Origin: Chrysomallon squamiferum
Lineage: Eukaryota; Animalia; Mollusca
Length of the DNA: 64,000 nucleotides
Reading direction: 5' to 3'
NCBI GenBank assembly: GCA_012295275.1
Contig: CM022678.1
Location: 19,282,001-19,346,000 of the forward strand
This document shows, one piece after another, positions 40,732-55,920 of the stretch; position 1 is the stretch's first letter, and every line of letters begins with the position of its first letter. Made by a program: the position numbers and the translations under genes. Below the pieces are notes generated by a model, which saw only the letters and a program-made list of their open reading frames with translations, was not told the origin of the DNA and did no database searches.

Positions 40732-42875
40732 CTACGGATGAGGACATTTCCTTCGAAAAGAGACTGGAATCGTTTCCTCACTCCTTTCATCTTACAGATC
40801 TCATGTTCTACACAAAACAGCGCAGAGAAAAATTACTTAAAAAGTTAGAACAACGGGAAGAAGAGATACCTTCTTCTGTGGAAAGTCATCCAAATGAAAA
40901 GACAAATAGAAATCGTCACGACAATTTTCTTTCGTTCTTGCTGTTTTTGCTAGGAAATCGAGACAAGGCAATCGAGACAAATTTAAAAGTCCGTGCTCGA
41001 GACCCTACTAACATTGTTGCTCGTGCAAATCGTGTGCGATTTCTGCTAAAACAGGATAAACGGTCTGCTGAATCAGAATTAATCGAACTGGAAAACCTGG
41101 ATGGAGACCTCGACAGAATGCGTTCTGTAGCTGAAGCTGAACTTGCTTATTGCTACTCTAGGATCTCGACAGCTTCTTATCCAAAGGCTCTGGAGTTGTA
41201 CAGACAACTAAATGAAAAATAGCATGAAGAATACGAATGAAAATTTGACGAAGCTCTAACACTTAGACGATCTCTGTCATTTCAAAGCTTTTCATTTCTG
41301 CCAGATGTCGATGTAGTTGAATACGCTGTTAGATGCTGTACGCTGCTACAGGAAGTCTGCAGTCACGAAGGCGATCGACTGAACTACATGGCGTACGCCG
41401 AACTCGGGGAATTAGCGAAGCTACTTGAATTACGATGCAAGCCATTTGAAGAGGAAGTGCTTGTAAAAAAGGTTAAGGAAAAAACTGGACTGCTTTCGCG
41501 TGAGGAATATTTCCAGAAAGCTCTTGATTTTGAAAAGACGGCGCTTTTATACTAGTAAGGTGCGCTAACCATTTTCTAAACACACAGCGTCTGGATAAGG
41601 CTGAGAAAATGTTAGAAAAGTCAGTTAGTCGTAGGCGAACAACGAAAGCTTTTCATCAGCTGGGAAAGGTTCTGCGGAAAAAAGCGAGAAAACAAAATAA
41701 CCCGGAAACATTAGATCGTTCTATTCGCTCGCTGTCTAAAGGAGGCGGTTGAAATAACAGACAATTATCCTGCAGAGTATGACTTGGCTTTAGCTTTCAT
41801 GAGTAAAAAATGCTACGAAGATGCTGACCAGCACTTCAAAATTGTAACAGAAACAGCCGACTCTTATACCGATCCATTCCCAGAAATTAGCGCATTGAAA
41901 AATATGAGTTTTATCTATTTTGAAACACAGGAAAACTGCAGACTTTCTTCAGGGGAAAAGACTCGGCTGAAGGAAGAAGAAATGAAATACAAAATTCTTG
42001 CTATAGAAGCTTCTGCTTCAGAAGTGCTGTACAAATATCGAACTCATTTGAGAACGGTGACAGATTTGCTGAAGCAAACGAATGGTCCACGTGGAGTAAA
42101 AATACCGTGGCAAGTTAAAGATGTTTACTCTATGATCAGTAAATTCGCCCCTTCTCTTCCAGTTTATGAGAAGACTCAAAACCGAAATCTGGGATCACCA
42201 GACTGGATTGCAATTGCAGAGGAATACCTTAATCAACAAGAATACGAAAATGCCAGACTGTGTGTAAGTCTGCTGAGGTGTACGCAACTAGCTGATGACG
42301 TTCCTTCTTCTCTGTTCATTCGAGTTTACTTGAAAACAGCACAGCAGATCGTATCTAGAGTCGAGTCACCGGATAAAGCTTGGTCATGTTTCAGAAGGAT
42401 TTTTACATTCTATTACAAAACGAACAAAGAAGATGAAATAAACGGTGCTGACGTCATGATTCTCTACGACAAAGACGACTGGAAAACATCTCAGATTTCC
42501 ATAAAAATTCAGGAAATTCTACAAAATTACATCGGACTGAAAGTCACGAGAAATGAGGAACTTGCGTTTGAAGGAATGAATGAAATCTCTTTCTACGAAC
42601 AACTGATGTCTCTTATTCGATGCATTGTTGTAGTGGTTAATTCCGAGACGGAAAGCACACAGTGGAAACATGTCTTTGATTTGGCAATAGCAACTGCTAC
42701 GAAGAAAGAGGAGATGATGACTGTATGCTTGAAATCAGGAGAGACTGACCAAGTCACTGAACAGAATGATTTCAAAACAGGAAAAACTCCACGAGACGAA
42801 GCAGACGACAAAACTGTAGTGGACTGGCTGCTGGAAACTTTTCCACTTCTTGTTAATGCTGACGTCAATTTGTAA
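40732..42875 (+). pseudogene. TPR-TIR paralogue, copy 3; nonsense codons, two indels, no exon 1 visible
   Basis: Acceptor tttccag|CTACGG at 40732; TAG 41220-41222 (Tyr position), TGA 41238-41240 (Trp of EYEWKF); -1 nt at ~41535; TCGC duplication at ~41730; ORF 41784..42875 covers the C-terminal half and TIR-like domain. Confidence 0.88.
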
Positions 42876-43514
42876 ATTTGATAATTTACAAATCGTAACA
42901 AGAATTTGGAGTGAACTGCATGGATTGTTCTGCTTGTAAACGTACATAGTATTGCTAGTGCTGGTGCTGCTGCTACTACTCCTACTACTACTACTAATAG
43001 TCATATGAAGAAAAAGAACAGCGACAACAACAATAACACTGATACTAATAAATATAGCTATATTAGAATCCTACTACAAAATGTTTGGACTGGAGGAATT
43101 TTTGATTTGAGAATATAAGGAGAAAGTCGGAAAATCAGTCTCTTCTCTCAGAAGAAAAACAGATGTTACAGATAGACACATTAAAAATGAAATCCACGTA
43201 CATAGGTTGTACAGACAGTCTGCTGCTATTTTAATACATTTTTTCAATAACTTTATGCCTGAAATGAAATTTGTGTTATCTAATGCGTCAGAAGGTCAAT
43301 ATGTTTGGACTAGAAATGTTTTCCATTACTGAATTTTTCAATTTTAAAAATATAAATAGATATTCGGAAAATAAGGTCATTTTTTAAGAAGAAAAGTATT
43401 TTTGTTATCTAAATCTTCAAAAACAGGATATCATGGCGTCTCTATTACTATAATATATATATATTATATGTTGGTGTATCCATATCTATCTATATACAAA
43501 GTAATTATGCTTGG

Positions 43515-43520
43515 AATAAA
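43515..43520 (+). promoter_or_regulatory. Candidate polyadenylation signal of copy 3; equivalents on - at 5901-5906 (copy 1) and 26427-26432 (copy 2)
   Basis: AATAAA in a conserved AAGTAATTATGCTTG(G)AATAAAAT context 0.55-0.75 kb after the stop, followed by GT/T-rich sequence; AATAAA is common in AT-rich DNA. Confidence 0.4.
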
Positions 43521-43934
43521 ATGCTGCTTTAGAGTATCTTTTCATCCTTTGTTGTTTTGTGTGTAATTTTACCGGCAAGTCAGTGAATTGTGTCAATGAT
43601 AACATCTTTGTATGTGTATGTGTTTTATATTTTGATAATATATAGCTGGGACTGTAAACAGATTTAATTCATGCTATTTTTATTTCAAGAGCTTTGTCTG
43701 AAGTTACTATTATGAGTTGAAATATGTACACTGGAAGCCAAAAGTAGCGAACTGTCGATATTACCTCCCACGTTCTATTAATAACCAACAAACAGCCTGC
43801 CTTCATTTAAAAAACTCATTCGTACCTAGACATATTACATTTCTAACTAATAATGATAATATATAATAAGGACGTCCAGTGATTAATGTGTTTTTATTCT
43901 TGCATATAATTAGTATTATTATTATTATTATTAT

Positions 43935-44078
43935 TGTTGTTGTTGTTGTTGTTGTTGTTAGCCCCGAAAACCTTCCGAGCAACTGACAACCACCCATTAT
44001 CCGCCCTTGAAGCGAATCCGGATAACGAAACAACTTCATACACAGAGACGGGTAGACGTTTAGTTTGGCCTGAGTAAG
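43935..44078 (-). repeat. ~150-bp SINE-like element with (AAC)n tail; other copies ~11633-11905, 17080-17230, 53205-53360, 60960-61100
   Basis: Shared CAAACTAAA.GTC...GAAG..TTTC...GCTTCA(G/A)GGG...AGTTGC.CGG...GGCTAA followed by (AAC)n. Confidence 0.45.
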
Positions 44079-44318
44079 AAACATTGTAACAGTTTATACA
44101 CAATACTCAAAGTTCATGTTATTCTATTTCTAACTGCACGAAAATTAATGTATTGATACGAGCTATTATAAAAGAGGTAAACGAAACAACAGATTAAAAA
44201 TGCTGTTTGCCTCATAAGAAAAGAAACTTACGAATCTGGATCGTAAAGTTTGTTAAGAGAAGTTAGAAATTTTCTTCGAAGCTTTAATTGAATGATAACA
44301 GTAGTAATATAATAGTTG

Positions 44319-44361
<43 letters not shown>

Positions 44362-47300
44362 TGACGATGATGATGATAATGATAATAATAATAATAATAA
44401 TGATAACAATAATAATAACAATAATAAGAATAATAACTATAAAATAAAGAAGAAGAAGAAGAAAATTACTAAGGCTTCCTTCTCAAACTGATATCGTTTT
44501 CCAGATAAATATTTCAAAATATGAAATATATTAAATATATTTACTTCTGTCATTAGAACTCAGTATTTCACAGTATTAGTTATTTTAAACTAAAACAGAC
44601 TGTCCTGGCGGGCATGTGTACATAATAAGGGGTTATAGTCATGAACGTGTTTATACTGTTGTCACGGAAGAAGGTCATGAAGTGTAATTTGCAAATACAC
44701 AAAAAGAAAATAATAATATGGAAGATCTCTGAGCTTGATAACGTATAAAGCACATAGATACAGTAAAGCTGTGTGTTATGAATGTGTTTATATTTTTGTC
44801 ACGCAACAAGGTTATTACATTGCGTTATTAGGTGACCTCCCTTACATAGCGTTCACATATATATAACTGAAAAGGTAAATCTATCACAGTGTTTGACTGT
44901 TCGTTTCAGAGTAAGGAACACCCTACGAGAACGTGTAAGTTTGATTTAAATTTTGTTATTACGATCAGATACTGGATATTTAAGTAATATTTAATTCATT
45001 ACTTGTGCATTAGAATATAAAGTATCATTTATGAATTATCTACATAGTTGTTTGTACCATAAATAGTAATATATAAATACACAAGAAGCAAATAACACAG
45101 TATAGTAAGTCAAATTTCAGAAAGGAGAAGATGACATAGATCGATGCGAAGGTTTACTGAGACAAACAGGATTTTGATAGCCTAATGAAAATCACGATTT
45201 TCTGAAACCTGAGGGAAAAACCTTTTTATTATTAATATAATTATTATTTATTTTTTTATTTATTTGTTTTACATATATAATCTAGACGCAGGTCAGTTCG
45301 ATAATTACTCTCTGAAACAAGAACTCTACCGCTCTGATTAGCATATCGAATTTCTAAATATGTTCATTCATCCAGCTGAAGGAACGTAAACTTTGAGACA
45401 AGATCTCGTAAATTGGCGGGAAACTTGTTTTATTATAATTTTTTTAAGGTTAGAACAATGGCAAAAGAAAATCAATAAATTAACTAATAGTTTACTCATT
45501 ACTTGTCCATTAAATCATATCTGTGATTCACGAATAGTTGACTGATATAAAAATTATAACTCCATGAAAGTGTAATATACAAATACACAAGAAGCAAACA
45601 ACACTGCAAATTAACTAAAAATTCAGCTTTGCACAGAAAAGATAAGAACACATAAAACTATGGGAAATGTTGTTTTTTGGAAAGAATAAGATTTGGATGC
45701 CCAAACAAAAATTCTATTTAGATAAAGGTAAGGCAAAGATGTTTTTTTTTTTTTTTTTTCATTATTTTATTTTTGCATTATAAAATTTAAAATCTAGACG
45801 CATCTCATTTGTTTCATTGTTCTCTGATCCAAACATTAGACATATGTAATTTCGTTATGTTCTAGAACAAAATAAATTCTACTACAAACTGCTTTATAAA
45901 TACTTCTTACATGTTCCAGGTCTCTTTACTCGCTATTTATTGCTTATTTCAATATCGTAACTTGACACACCCGTCTTTGTTTGTGTGTTTTTGTGTCGGC
46001 TGACAGCAGTCATATTTCTGACTCATGCAGTGTGATAAAAGTGAATAAGGCTTAGAAATGATGGGAGTCCTAGTGTTATTAGATAAAGAAATATAAATAT
46101 ATGCTATGTATATGCTAAAACTTATTTCGTGTGAACAAAATTAAAAGGAGGTATAAGGGTCGAAAGATTTTTATTTCTTTCTTTCTTTCTAGATTTCTTT
46201 TTTTTTTTTTTGGGGGGGGGGTGGCTTTTTGCAATATAATGCAAATTCACTCAGTAGACATGATATATCTAAGTGTGTTCAGTGATACGAATATTTATCT
46301 CATTTTTTCCACTTCCACGACGGTTATGTGCTTTCACAGCTGAATCATGTCGTCCAACATTAATAGATAAATTTCGCTGAAAATAAATATTAAAAATAGC
46401 ATTAAAATATGAATTTGATATCACATTTCTAAATTGTCTCATTAAAACCTGCATCTGCTTTAACAAACCGAACAAATTGGCTGAAAGAATGCACACCTAA
46501 TTTTTATAATTCCCCAAAACTACTAAAGCATGGTCTCAGTTTCTTAAATCACGTTCGCTAAATAGCAAAATTTCTTAGAGAATAAAATTTAAGGTAGCAT
46601 TAAAATGTAAATCTGTTTCACGAATGGCCTTTTTATCTATAAGAGATATTAGTAATATAAAGAAGTATTATAAAGAAATAACGCATGACATTAAATACAA
46701 ATTTACGTTAGCTCAGAACAGACAAAATCTGCTAAATAGACGATAAAGATTGTATTGCAATCAGTAAGATTGACGTGGCTACGTTTTATTTGTCTGCAGG
46801 AAACAAAAATTAATAATAATAATCATAAAACATCCCTACATCAGTTTGATATTGCTTTCAAAATAAGAATATTTTCTGTAATATTTAAACCTACACACAA
46901 CATTACCTTATTAGAAAATGTTTCTTTAATGCCTTTCACAATAATTATCTCCTCTACTGAACCGATTCGCGGAATATGAAAAGAAAAGTAGAAAGTAGTC
47001 GGTTACCTAACATTCATGGTTTGATCCGAAAAAGTTAAAAATTCTTATTCGCTCATATACTTTGTTTTTAACTAGTAGTTTACTCATAACTGTTCCATTA
47101 AACCATATGGATGATTCACGAACAGTTAGCTGATGTATACGTAATAACTACCTACAAGGAAGTGTAATATGGAAATACCCAAGAAACAAATAACATAAAA
47201 ATTTAACTGAACATTCAACCTTATCTCAGAAACATGTAAATCTATGAGAAGTTTTTGTAACCAGTAAAATTATGATATCCTTATACAAATTTGTATTATA

Positions 47301-47830
47301 TAAAGGGAAAAAATGGTTTTTTTCTTCTTTTTTATTTTCTCTTTTGTTTTTAAATTACTTTTTTAATTTATATTTAATTTACTAAAAATTTTTGAAGCAG
47401 GCTATTTTGTTTATTATTCTCTGGCCTAAACATTACACAGCTGTGATTACTCAAATTTATACAAATAGAAATAGAAAACTTTGCCACTACAAACTGTTTT
47501 ATAAATATCCCTTACATCTTATTAGTCTCTGGCACATTTCTTGCACATTTCAACGTGCTAATTTCACACACTCGTTTCTCTTTCTGTATTGTTATATATC
47601 GGCTCATAGTTGTGATGGTTTTAATTCATACAGGCTGATCAAAGCCAATAGCATGAAGAATATTTGAGAGTCCTACTGTTATTAGATTAAAAAGTAGAAA
47701 TATAGGTTAGGATTATTTCATGCGAGCGAAACTGATGTGAACTATGAAAATCTCATAATTTTATTTTGTTTTAGTTATTATTACCCTTCTGCTTATCCTC
47801 ATCTTATTTTTATTATTATTATTAATATTA

Positions 47831-47886
<56 letters not shown>

Positions 47887-48524
47887 ATTATTTTTTGGAA
47901 ACCGTTTTCGCACAGTAGACGTGGTATTTTTTAATGTGTTCGTTGAACCGAATATTTGCCCTACATCTCTAATTCCACGAAAATTAGTCACGAGTACTTT
48001 CATTTTTTTTAATCAGTTTCGCGAAATTTAGTAGCTAAATTATGTAAATATAGAACGTTAGCTTTATTTTTTAGTATTTCATATTACATTTGTATATGCG
48101 TTGATTAATTCAGTATCTAGTTACACAAACAAAATAAATTCGCTGGACAAATGTTCATCTTATTTTTTTCTAATTCCACGAAAATTACTAATTCGTCTTT
48201 TCAGTTTGCTTAGTCACGTTCGCTAAATTGCTAAATTTCGTACAAAATAATATTTAAGTTGTATAAAAATATACATCAGTTTCACGAATTGCCTTTTGAC
48301 ATATAAGAGTTATTACTAGAAAGAATTATAATAAAAATAACACAAAGCGTTAAATAAAAATTCAGCATAGCGCTGAAAATACCACGTGTCTTAAATGGAC
48401 GGGAATAATTTTCTAAATCACTAATATAGAGAGGGCGAAAGTCTCATTTTTCTGAAGAAGATTGATAAAAGGAAAAGAAACAGAAAATTAACGAACAAAA
48501 ATTAAGAATAATAATAATAGTAAC

Positions 48525-48586
<62 letters not shown>

Positions 48587-49729
48587 TAATAATAATAATA
48601 AAAATCGTCATCATCATCATAATAAACGCTTTCATGAATTTGATAAAGCTTTTCCGATAAGAATGTTTTCTTTAATATATAAACCTACACGTAGCATTAC
48701 CTTATTAGGAAACATCCCTTATATTGCTTTTACGATGATTATGTCCCTTTACTGCACCGATCCGTCGAATTTAAAAAGGAAAGAAGAAAGTAGTCGCTTA
48801 CACAACACTGACGGTTAATACCGGAGTAAGGGACATCCAGAGAGAACGTGTAAGTTTGGTTTAAGACATGTTAATTCGATTATATCTTTAATATTTAACT
48901 AATAGTTTATACATTAAATTATATATATGATTAACGAAGAATTTATTGATATATATATATAAGAGCGACAACTACACGGAAGTAAAATTACGTAACACAT
49001 GGAAAAAACAACACAAGAAATTAAATTAAATTCAGTTTGTTCTCAGAAGCGGTAAGATTCCGTAAATCGGTCAGAAAGCTTTTTGGAAACAGTCAGATTT
49101 TGGTGACCTAATAAAAATTAATATATCAGGGCAAGACGTACATTTTCTTCGTTACTTTTTTTTATTAATTATTTTCTGTTTGTATTATTAAAGTTAAAAT
49201 ATAGACGCATGTCATTTCTTGGATAATTCTCTGACTCATACACTACACAGCTCTGAATACTCGAAACAGTACAAATACAAAAAGAAAATATCTCACTACA
49301 AACTGCTTTACAAATATTTATTACATGTTAATGGACTCTTTACTCGATTTACTTGTTGCGTTTTTCAGTGACCTAATTTCACAACCCGTCACTGTTTCTG
49401 TATTTTTATATATCGGCTGATATTCAAACTGGTGACTCATGTCAGCTGACACAGGTGAATAAGAACGTAGAACTGCTGGGCCTGTTATTGTTAACAGATA
49501 AAAGTTACAAAATGAGTTATGTATAGATTAGGACTTATTTCATATTACTGAAACGAAAAGTAACTATTAGAAACGAACAATATTATTATTATTATTGTTG
49601 TTATTATTATTATTATTCTTCTTCTTATTATTATTATTATTACTATTATTATTATTATTATTGATTATTATTCACTACAATGAATGTTCAGTCAGTGTGT
49701 TTTTCCGATGAGATACTTTATTTAAGTTT

Positions 49730-50945
49730 GTATAAAAATATACCTCAGTTTCACGGTTGTGAAATTCTAAATATGTTTTATTGTCAAATGAACTGAAACA
49801 CGATATCGTGGTTTCGACAGGTAACGGAACAGGTGTGTCCTATCAGAGGCTGCTCTTCTTACCATAATGGAATTCATTATTACGCATTCAACATTTCATT
49901 AATTCTTACTTGTATCGGTTATAAATGAATTGTTTATAATTTTATATTTTGTAATGTTCCTTTTGAGCCTCTGATATTTTTACTTTCCTTAATGTTTTAT
50001 TTTGTTCTGATTGTATTGTTGATTTCTGTATATGTACCCCCACCATAAAGCTCACGAAGTAACCATTTCTAAAAAATTCACTGTCGTGAGCGCCTCTTCC
50101 CAAAGTAATATGTTAATTGAACGCACCCACGCACGAGGCAAGTCACGATCAGATCAATATCCTCAACGCACAGCGCATGTCTACATCGATGACATTAGCT
50201 TGACACAGCGGGGAAATTGTGTGTAATGATTTTTCTACGCAAGGCATTAATGATTTTTGTTTAAAATGCATTATTGATTATTGTACGAAACGCATTATTC
50301 ATTATTTCCTCTTACTAAACCGAAAAAGTGAAGTAGTAATTTTACCCGTTTAATTAACACTGACAGTCAAGTTTTAACTGAGGAAGATCCAGACAGAACG
50401 TGTAAGTTTTGTTAAAGATTTGTTATTCCGATCATATACTTTTTAGTTAGCTAATATTTTATTCATTACTTGTCCATTAAATTATAACTATGATTCACGA
50501 ATCGTTTATTGATATAGAAGAGGTATAACTATGAGGAACTGCAATATACAAATATATAAGAAGGAAACAAAACACAAATTGATGGGAAAGCTTTTTGGAA
50601 GAAGTAAGATTTTGATGCCTAATGAAAAGTACTATTTAGGTAATCAAATATTGTTTTTTCCTTTTTGATGCTTGTCATTTCGTTAATTAGTCTGTGAATA
50701 ACATAGGCAGATCCACTTCCACAACAATATAATAAAAAGAAGAAAAGAGAAGAAACTGCTCTATAAATATTTATTATATGTCTTGCATACTCGCTATCAT
50801 TATTGCATATTTCAGACATCGTTTCTGTTCCTATATTATTAAACATCTGCTGCTAATGGTCAATACTGTTAGTTCATAGTGGCTTATAAAACTAAATATG
50901 ACTGTACAACTGCTAGAAGTCGTAGTGTTATCAAATGAAAAGAAG

Positions 50946-50979
<34 letters not shown>

Positions 50980-51543
50980 TTTTATTATGACATTCTTAAA
51001 AAAGAAAATTCTTTCAATTTCTTACTCTTTGTTCTCCTGTCATTTTAAATTTCTTTTTATTACTATTGTGTCGTCTTTAAACTCTGGCTTTTTTAAATGC
51101 ATGATGTTCAATACAGTTAGAAAACAAGGTTAGTAAAAGATTTCATAACTTTTCGAAAAACGAGCAAAGCACAACGTCGTTAGACACGGATTTTGCCAGG
51201 TTAAAGGTCATGAGAAATATTAATTAGAATTTGTTTTGTATCATTACACCTTGATGTGACTTTCTTCTGCTTACTTTTATAAACACGTTATTCTCTCTCT
51301 CTAACATGTATGTAAATAAACACACACACACACACACACACACATACTTTTAGAAAAATAGATAGAGAAACATTCAGTAATAAAAGCAGTATAAAACTTA
51401 TGTTGAACGTTAATTTCTCTTGCTTAGATGAAGCTCTATTTCAGCATGCATTATACTAACTTTTCTTAAATATAACTGAAAAACGAGTAATAAATATTGG
51501 CGACAAAATAATTTGCTTTTCATTTAATTTTGAATGAGCTGCA

Positions 51544-51593
<50 letters not shown>

Positions 51594-54500
51594 CTAATTT
51601 AAATAACTGTTACTGGTGTTCATATTTTTAGTAGAAACCTGAATTCAGGTTGCAACGGAACATCGAGATGCAATAAGAGTTATTGCCCTTCTCCAGTCCC
51701 AATATTTCTCACTGCATTTTTCTTTTAAAATTCATTTCAGATTTACAGCTTGGTCAAACCAGATTTATCAAATAATAAGTGGGTGTATTTTTGTATATGC
51801 TAGTACTTAGAAATAATACTTCTAGTTGACTAGAACGTTATTGATTCATCTCATGCGTATTACTTTATCTACTGGTTTATTTCAAACATTCAGAGTTTAG
51901 TCTCATGATAGAGAACGCACACAATCTCTTAACATGCAGATTCTGTAAGTGCAATGAAAATATAAAATGTGATAATTTCATGTGTTTATTTCCCGAGGAC
52001 TGAACAATTGCTTAATTTGGTTAAAGTATATACAAAGAGATCGTACAATAAATAATAAAATAAAAATAAAATAAAACAAAAACAATTAAAAAAAATAAAA
52101 GAGTAAAGATACCACAGGCTCAAAAGGAAAATGACAAAAGATAAAATTATAAACTATTATTTTTTAACACAAGTCAGAATTACTGAGATGTTGAATACGT
52201 AACAAAGAATTTCGTTACGATAAGAAGACCACACTTTAATAGGACGCACGTACTTTTCTCTTAGCCTCATCAATCCTCGATCTGCATGCAAAGAAAGGAG
52301 ATAACTTAGAAGTTATACACATAAATGTACATTAAACAAATTACATTACACAAGTTTGCTACGGGCAACGTGGAAACATTTTTAACCTATCCAATTAATT
52401 CAACTATTAACACATATGAAAACAGAAACAAATAAATAAATAATCGCATATAACAATAAGTAAATAGCCGACATTAATTTAATAAATAAACAGTACATTT
52501 GGAAATATCTTTCAGCATGTAGCTAATAAAGGATTTTTACCGAAGTTAATAGAAATTATTTATACCTCTCTAGTGTATAACAAATACGTTTACAGAATTC
52601 AATCGTAAAGCTTTACTGTGAAGAGAAATATTGTATGACATGATTACTCATATATCGATATCGTAACATCTGGTTAGCATACCTTTTGTGCCAGGTACGG
52701 TTAATGGTTTCATGGTAAACTACTTAACACTGAGTGATCACGTGAAGTATGTAGATAAGACTGACTTTTGTTTTTATTTAGAATTTAACTTCTCAGAGAG
52801 TCAGCGTTACATTTAGACGTACCCGACCTAAGTTGTTGAAGTCTTGAAAGCCCTGCTTGACGTGAAATAAAATATATTGGAGCTGATTAGAAAATATATT
52901 TTAATCATGTGCATGCTATTCACAACGAATCCACAAAAGAAAAAGATGAAGACGCAAGTAGTTTTGAAGGAGAAGACCTCTGGAAGCTGAAAGTACAAAA
53001 ATGTCGATATTACGATCTACGTTTCATTTACATATTAACAGCGAACAGACAGCCTGGATCCTTCCAAATAACTCATTCATGAGTTGCAATATGACATTTG
53101 TAAATGTACATATATAATAAGGACATGCGGTCATTACTGTGTTTATAATTTTGCCATGCGATGATATAACAATATTTTTCTTAAAAAACATTGCTTATAT
53201 GGCTTTTATTGTTGTTGTTGTTATTAGCCGTGACAAGCTTCTGTGCAATTGAAAAAAAAGAAAAAAGAAAACATAATCCGCCCCTGAAGCGAATCCACAT
53301 AACGAAACCACTTCGTACACACAGACGTGTGGACCTTTAGTTTGACCTGAATAAGAACACTTTCAGCAGTTTATTCAAATATACATAAACACACAATGTT
53401 TATCTTTCTTTTTTTCTAACTGCACGAAAATTAATGTATAGATTATGTACTATTATAAAAAAAATGCATTAAATTAGCATTAAAATATAAATGTGCTTCG
53501 AGATTAGTCCTTATATACAAAAGATATAACTGCAAGTATTTTTAGCAATCAACACGACAAATTAACACAAATAAAAATTCGGCTTAGCTTGGTAACGATG
53601 AGATCACTTAAATCAATGGAAAAGCTTTTTGACACCAGTAAAATTTAGTTTAATTGGAAACTTATTTGGAACCACTAAGATTTAAATGGCATACGGTTCG
53701 TTTTTCTGGATGTTAGACCAGAGTGGAACAAATAAAATAATAAATAAATAAATAATAAATAATAAAGCCACATAATCAATTTGATCTCGCCTTCGAAATA
53801 AACATGTTATATTTAAAATTTAAACCTACACATAACATTATCTTATTAGAAAACATTTCTTACATAGCTTTTACAATGATTATCTACCATTACTGAAACG
53901 ATTCGTGGAATTTAAAAAGGAAAGTAGAAGGTAGTTGTTTATGTGACACTGACATTTGGAGTAACGAACAACCAGCGAGAACGTGTAAGTTGATTTGAGA
54001 TTTGTTATTCCGATCATATTTATATTTAAGTAATATCATTTATTACTTGTCCATTAAATTATGACTCAGGAATAGTTGACTAACATATGAAAGTTATAAT
54101 TAGAACGAAGTGTAATATACAAATACACAGGAAGCAAATTACACAACAAATTAACTAAAAGTTCAGCTTAGCCCAGAAAAGGTAAAAACACGTAAATCGA
54201 TGGTAGATGTTTTTGGAACCAGTAAAATTGTGACGGCCTAATAAATATTAGTATTTAGATATCGGTAAGGCAAATATTTGTGCTTTTAATTATTTTATTT
54301 TTGCGTTATTAAATTTGAAATCTAGACGCAGGTCACTTGTTTCATTGTTCTCTGACACAAACATTAGACGTGTGCAGTTTCTGCATGTTATAGAAAAAGA
54401 TAAATTCTACTGTAAATGGCTTATTCAATATTACTAATATCTTCCGGGTGTGTTTCAATGACCTATTTCCATGACCTAATTTGACACAGCAAATATCAGT

Positions 54501-55920
54501 ATATATCGGCTGACAGCAGCCATACATTTAGCTCATATAGTGTGGTAAAAGTAAATAATAAATATCTCGGGAGTCCTATCGGTTATTAGATATAAAGTAG
54601 AAACATGTTTTATGTATTGGTTAGGTTCTGTTTCATTTCAACATTGATCTGAATATTTCGGTTTAATTTCTAATTCCACAAAAATTAGTCTCATTTGTTT
54701 TCATTTTGTTTAGACACGTTCGAGAAAATTAATAGATAAATTATATAGAAAATAAATATGTATTTGATTTCATGTTTTCATATACGTTCTATAATGCAGC
54801 AAAAATGTTATTGTTATTATTATTATTATTAACTCATTTTGTTAATCAGTTTCGCGTAAATTCGTAGCCAAATTATGAAAATATAGAAAGTTAGCTTTAT
54901 TTTTTTTTTCTATTTCATATTACGTTTCTAAATGCGTTGATTAATTCAGTATTTAGTTACACAAACAAAATAAATTCGTTGAACGAACGTTTATCTTATT
55001 TTTTCTAATTCCACGAAAATTACTAATTCGTCTTTTCAGTTTGCTTAGTCACGTTCGCTAAATTGCTAAATTTCGTGCAAAATAATATTTAAGTTTGTAT
55101 AAAAATATACCTCAGTTTCACGGTTGTGAAATTCTGAATATGTTTTATTGTCAAATGAACTTAAACACGATATCGTGGTTTCGACAGGTAACGGAACAGG
55201 TGTGTCCTATCAGAGGCTGCTCTTCTTACCGTAATGGAATTCATTATTACGCATTTAATATTTCATTAATTCTTACTTGCATCGGTTATAAATGAATTGT
55301 TTATAATTTTATATTTTGTAATGTTCCTTTTGAGCCTCTGATATTTTTACTTTCCTTAATGTTTTATTTTGTTCTGATTGTATTGTTGATTTCTGTATAT
55401 GTACCCCCACCATAAAGCTCACGAAGTAACCATTTCTAAAAAATTCACTATCGTGAGCGCCTCTTCCCAAAGTAATATGTTAATTGAACGCACCCACACA
55501 CGAGGCAAGTCACGATCAGATCAATATCCTCAACGCACAGCGCATGTCTACATCGATGACATTAGCTTGACACAGCGGGGAAATTGTGTGTAACTGTTTC
55601 GACGAAACGCATTAATGATTTTTCTACGAAACGCATTAATGATTTTTCTACGAAACGCTCTATTCATTATTTCCTCTTACTAAACCGAAAAAGTGAAGTA
55701 GTAATTTTACTCGTTTAATTAACACTGACAGTCAGATTTTAAGTGAGGAAGATCCAGACAGAACGCGTAAGTTTTGTTAAAGATTTGTTATTCCGATCAT
55801 ATACTTTTTAGTTAGCTAATATTTTATTCATTACTTGTCCATTAAATTATAACTTTGATTCCCGAATCGTTTATTGATATAGAAGAGGTATAACTACGAG
55901 GAACTGCAATATACAAATAT
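49730..55920. repeat. Inverted duplication of ~14520-20316; its ends (49730-50550, 55090-55920) are direct repeats of each other
   Basis: ORF 55399..55593(+) equals 14846..15040(-); 50619..50846(-) mirrors 14228 and 19538(+). Confidence 0.9.

Noticed and set aside
41530-41740. Compensating -1/+4 frameshifts restoring copy 3
   Set aside because: The intervening frame contains TAG TAA, and two nonsense codons lie upstream
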